DNA of 50,064 nt from Thermoplasmataceae archaeon (lineage in GTDB: Archaea; Thermoplasmatota; Thermoplasmata; Thermoplasmatales; Thermoplasmataceae), in the NCBI GenBank assembly GCA_038729325.1, contig JAVYSG010000001.1:1-50064 (forward strand), written 5' to 3'. Every line of letters begins with the position of its first letter. Position 1 is the stretch's first letter. Shown one piece after another: positions 46,810 to 50,064 of this stretch. The notes below the pieces were generated by a model. It was not told the origin of the DNA, made no database searches, and was given only the letters and a program-made list of their open reading frames with translations. The position numbers were made by a program, and so were the translations under genes.

Positions 46810-48429
46810 TCATTTTGAATTGTTTACAATGTTCATAACTATGAAAAGACTGAGCAGGTTAAGTGCAAGCGTCGAAAGATAGAATGACATTGAATGCGAA
46901 AAAGTAATGCCCAGAGAGATGTATGATATCATGGTGGAAACCAGGGTTGGGAGTGAAATCAGTAACGCAGTTATGGCAAAAAGAACTACAAGTTCAGTAT
47001 TTCCGCCAAATGAATAGAAATTGACCGTCGTCGATCCCCTTGGAACTTTTCGCAGCAGGCGCCTGATGTTATACAGGGAACTGTATATATACGCGATGAC
47101 CAGATTAACCGGGAAAAGTATGAAGATTAAAGGGCTTCCCCTGGTCTTGAACAGAAACAGTACTGAAATTGGGGCAACTATCGCAGCGAATACCGCTGCA
47201 CCGACATATCCCTTGGAGTAGATTATGTCCCTCATCTTTACAGGAAGGGACTGAAGAACGCTGATGCCATTTCCTTCTGACATTATGAGAACTATGGAAT
47301 AGAAGGCAGATGAAACTATTACGATGGCAAGCATGGAATAATAAATTGAAATTGATCCAAATGAAGCACCGGATGAGTAGAAGAAAATTGAAATAAGGGT
47401 AGGCAGAACCAGGAACACTGGTATGAGCATCATGAGAAAATTCTGGGATTTTCTGAAAATATTCCGTACATCCTTCCTGAAGATGGTGAGGTAGAATCCT
47501 GACTTTGATTCATGCAGCTTCTTCTGGGAGATACCGGTTGTGTTATACGATACCATTTCGGTCTGTGTTACCCTGGTGAATGTGCGGGAGTTAACATCAG
47601 TGAAGATAAGTATGGTGATCAGAGCATAGAGCAATGATGCTGCAATGCCGTAATAAACATACATGGATGGCTGTACTGAAGGGAATATTATATATGCGGA
47701 ATTCAGAAGTGGCACAAACAGGTATGAAATGTGGCCCATTATGGGGGGCAGAACTGGAATCTCCTGAGGAATCTGTATTGCAATCTCGAACAGGATAAAG
47801 AAAGCTATGAAACCTGTGACTCTCAGGATGGTGGATATAGATCCACTCCTGAGGCCACGTTTTTTCTCGATGCTTCCGGACAGCGTATATATCATTGCAC
47901 TTCCGGCCGTGTATCCAAGCCCAAGCATAATGAAGGCCCAGAGTAAACCTGTAAAGGCAGAAAGTATATTTCCAGTGAGATGAATGTAAGCCCAAAGGAT
48001 AGGAATTATTACAAAAAGGCTTGAGGAACCGGTGAATACAAACCACGAAAGGGGAAGCACCTGATGCCCGATCCTTGTTGGAAGTGGCTTGAGTGGTTCA
48101 AAAAGTCTGTAGGTACGCACTATGTTCGTGAACATTATGAAGCTGTAAAGGCTGATGAGGAAAATGTAAGCATAAAGAAGAAGCGAAAGAGTCTGCAGAT
48201 GATCAATGGGATTTGGAAGCCTCAGCTGAGTATACGTCAGAAATGATGAGAAGGCGATCATTGAGATTGCAGTCACGGCGTACGTTATGAATATGAGGCG
48301 CTCAATATATCTGGCCCCCTGAGTTGCCGACCTGCCTGTTTTTTCCTGGAATTTTGGTGAATCCTTCAGTGCCAGGTATCTCTGTTCAGCAACTATACGC
48401 CTGCTAAGTTCAAATATATCGTGATTCAT
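46810..48429 (-). CDS. large polytopic membrane protein, putative ABC-2-type permease partner
   Basis: The 539-aa ORF has many TM segments. Its start overlaps the upstream ATPase stop as ATGA. It carries the motif EGNGISVLQSLP...IIYSK, similar to the one in the 42438-43856 protein. Confidence 0.55.
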   Translation of the reverse strand: MNHDIFELSRRIVAEQRYLALKDSPKFQEKTGRSATQGARYIERLIFITYAVTAISMIAFSSFLTYTQLRLPNPIDHLQTLSLLLYAYIFLISLYSFIMFTNIVRTYRLFEPLKPLPTRIGHQVLPLSWFVFTGSSSLFVIIPILWAYIHLTGNILSAFTGLLWAFIMLGLGYTAGSAMIYTLSGSIEKKRGLRSGSISTILRVTGFIAFFILFEIAIQIPQEIPVLPPIMGHISYLFVPLLNSAYIIFPSVQPSMYVYYGIAASLLYALITILIFTDVNSRTFTRVTQTEMVSYNTTGISQKKLHESKSGFYLTIFRKDVRNIFRKSQNFLMMLIPVFLVLPTLISIFFYSSGASFGSISIYYSMLAIVIVSSAFYSIVLIMSEGNGISVLQSLPVKMRDIIYSKGYVGAAVFAAIVAPISVLFLFKTRGSPLIFILFPVNLVIAYIYSSLYNIRRLLRKVPRGSTTVNFYSFGGNTELVVLFAITALLISLPTLVSTMISYISLGITFSHSMSFYLSTLALNLLSLFIVMNIVNNSK

Positions 48430-49202
48430 GAGGACATTGTCTCTCTCAGGGATTTTATGACAGGGCCCAGATCGCCCTCTCCCGTGACATTCAGAAATAT
48501 ATCCTCAAGTTTAGATGTGCCAGATCTTTCCCTCAGTTCTTCCAGTGTTCCTGTATCCACAATCTTCCCCCTGTAGATTATTGAAATCCTGGTGCATACG
48601 GTTTCGGCAACCTCGAGAACGTGTGTGGAGAATATGACAGTTCTGCCCCTCGATGCAAAATCATTCAGCAAATTCTTCAATATTTTCGCTGACCTTGGAT
48701 CGAGTCCATTCATACCTTCATCAAGAATTATGATTTCAGGATCGTGAATTAATGCTGCAATTATTGCCACCTTCTGCTTTGTGCCGAATGAAAGCGACCC
48801 GATGAAGGTGTTCATGTTGTCCATTATCTCAAATGCACTGGCAAAACTCTCGATGCGCTTTGCAAGAATTTCATGATCAATTCTCCTCACGGATCCTATA
48901 AAATTGAGAAATTCAGTCGGGGTCAGGGATTCATAGAGCACAGGGGTTTCCGGTACGTAACCTGTAATCTGCTTGACCTTCAGGCTGTCCCTGGAGACAT
49001 CCTTGCCTGATACCCTTACATAACCTGATGTATAGTCAAGTATGGAGCATATGATCCTTAAAAGAGTGGTTTTCCCTGAACCATTTGGGCCCAGAAGGCC
49101 GAATATCTCTCCCGGGCTGATCTCCATGTCCACACCGTCCAGAGCTCTTGTTTCGCCGTAATTCTTGACCAGGTTATGTATTACTATGGAGGGCGGATTC
49201 AT
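48426..49202 (-). CDS. ABC transporter ATP-binding protein (ABC-2/DrrA-like)
   Basis: It has Walker A GPNGSGKTT, the signature LSFGTKQK, Walker B IILDEGMNGLD and the H-loop STH. Confidence 0.85.
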   Translation of the reverse strand: MNPPSIVIHNLVKNYGETRALDGVDMEISPGEIFGLLGPNGSGKTTLLRIICSILDYTSGYVRVSGKDVSRDSLKVKQITGYVPETPVLYESLTPTEFLNFIGSVRRIDHEILAKRIESFASAFEIMDNMNTFIGSLSFGTKQKVAIIAALIHDPEIIILDEGMNGLDPRSAKILKNLLNDFASRGRTVIFSTHVLEVAETVCTRISIIYRGKIVDTGTLEELRERSGTSKLEDIFLNVTGEGDLGPVIKSLRETMSS

Positions 49203-49400
49203 GAGAGTGCTAATGGACTCTTCATAATATACCTATTCATCGGAGTGCCGGAATGATATTTCTCCCGCATGACATTGGAGACCGCATAACCTGTGCACAT
49301 AATATGCGGCACACGCTCCTGAATTGGCGAATACGATTCCATGGATTATGGAACCGAAGAGTTGAACTGGCCTGGAATTCCATATAATGCCTATGGGAGA

Positions 49401-50064
49401 TCAGATAATGGAAATGTGGAAGACAAGATGGAATATCTGACCCACAAGAAATGAGCCAAATGCGGCAAGAAGCGCAAGTGCTGCTGATTTCATGGCCTCC
49501 TTCCTCACGCTCATGTTCATCGATATTGCCACGATTGAATTTGACACCGCCTGGGAAAATGCCACAAGGATCACTGCAAGTATCAGTGCATAAAGTACCG
49601 GAAGGAAGAGAAATGGTATTATGGGTATTGCAGCGCCAAGGATATAGAACATTCCTGTGTTAATTGCAGCCCTCCTGCTCTCATTTCTGTATTTCTGGAC
49701 CTTTGAGTCGTCCCGCTCCTCGTTGTTAAGTATTGCATTCCTGCGAATCTGCGATATCTTGAACTGCGCTTCTGAATTTGTGGCAAGATATGCCCCAACG
49801 CTCATGCTCATTGCACCGCTGACGCCCACAATGAGTCCGCCCATGGCGACATATATGTGATCTGAAATTATGGCTGTCAGGCCGGCCAGTGCCGCAAGAA
49901 CCTCCACCAGCCCGTCACTGATGCCGTATATGACATTCCTGTTACGCTCCAGCTGCTCCCTGCTCTGGTCAAGAGTATAGCTGAAAACATCCTCGTGCTC
50001 AACCTCGTCATCAATTATCTTCTCAAGACCGGCTTTGAATTCAGGATCATCAGCTGCAAGAGGG
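49401..50064 (-). CDS. VIT1/CCC1-family iron/manganese transporter (N-terminus outside window)
   Basis: The frame stays open to the window end (...DDEVEHEDVF...YGISDGLVEVLAALAG...). The membrane domain has the VIT1-type GISDG motif and 5 TM-like segments. The ORF-track start at 49907 is an internal GTG. Confidence 0.7.
   Translation of the reverse strand, partial: PLAADDPEFKAGLEKIIDDEVEHEDVFSYTLDQSREQLERNRNVIYGISDGLVEVLAALAGLTAIISDHIYVAMGGLIVGVSGAMSMSVGAYLATNSEAQFKISQIRRNAILNNEERDDSKVQKYRNESRRAAINTGMFYILGAAIPIIPFLFLPVLYALILAVILVAFSQAVSNSIVAISMNMSVRKEAMKSAALALLAAFGSFLVGQIFHLVFHISII

Noticed and set aside
46449-46838. A 129-aa plus-strand ORF lies in the lrp-ABC spacer.
   Set aside because: Its translation is Cys-, Ser- and Phe-rich with no motifs. 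It overlaps the 3' end of the permease gene and starts at a non-ATG codon, so it is probably spurious.
1-50064. CRISPR arrays, rRNA genes, IS elements, toxin-antitoxin pairs and known defence-system genes.
   Set aside because: I recognised none while reading both strands. No regularly spaced direct repeats were seen, and no nuclease, helicase or methylase gene clusters beyond the housekeeping xth.

Overview
This window reads as compact core chromosome from an archaeon. I resolved 52 protein-coding genes and one tRNA. I found no rRNA, CRISPR array, IS element, integrase or transposase. Archaeal markers are aIF6, ribosomal proteins S19e, L31e and L39e, a PDCD5-like DNA-binding protein, an archaeal-type GlyRS and FtsZ. 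AT-rich TATA boxes sit about 25-30 nt upstream of several start codons, which suggests leaderless transcripts. Gene content points to a Thermoplasmatales-like organism (cytochrome bd oxidase, GalE-like L-threonine dehydrogenase, a full suf operon), but that lineage call is inference only. Genes are tightly packed: several same-strand ATGA or TAATG overlaps and several convergent 3' overlaps. Most of the window is housekeeping: Fe-S assembly, pyrimidine and purine synthesis, corrinoid salvage, translation, transporters. I see no recognisable defence or mobile system. Items worth a second look: (1) a completely cysteine-free, apparently catalytically dead ALDH-family protein; (2) a SufR-like (COG2345-type) regulator divergent from a bacterial-style sufCBDSU-ferredoxin operon; (3) a DtxR-family regulator with a 19-bp palindrome between its TATA box and start codon, in an operon with a His-rich metal transporter; (4) two inverted ABC ATPase plus large-permease modules bracketing about 3 kb that holds an HTH/coiled-coil protein, tRNA-Ser, an Lrp regulator and two ORF-poor stretches of about 0.6 kb each; (5) rpl39e with a TTG start, absent from the ORF track. 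All family calls come from reading motifs by eye. No searches were run.
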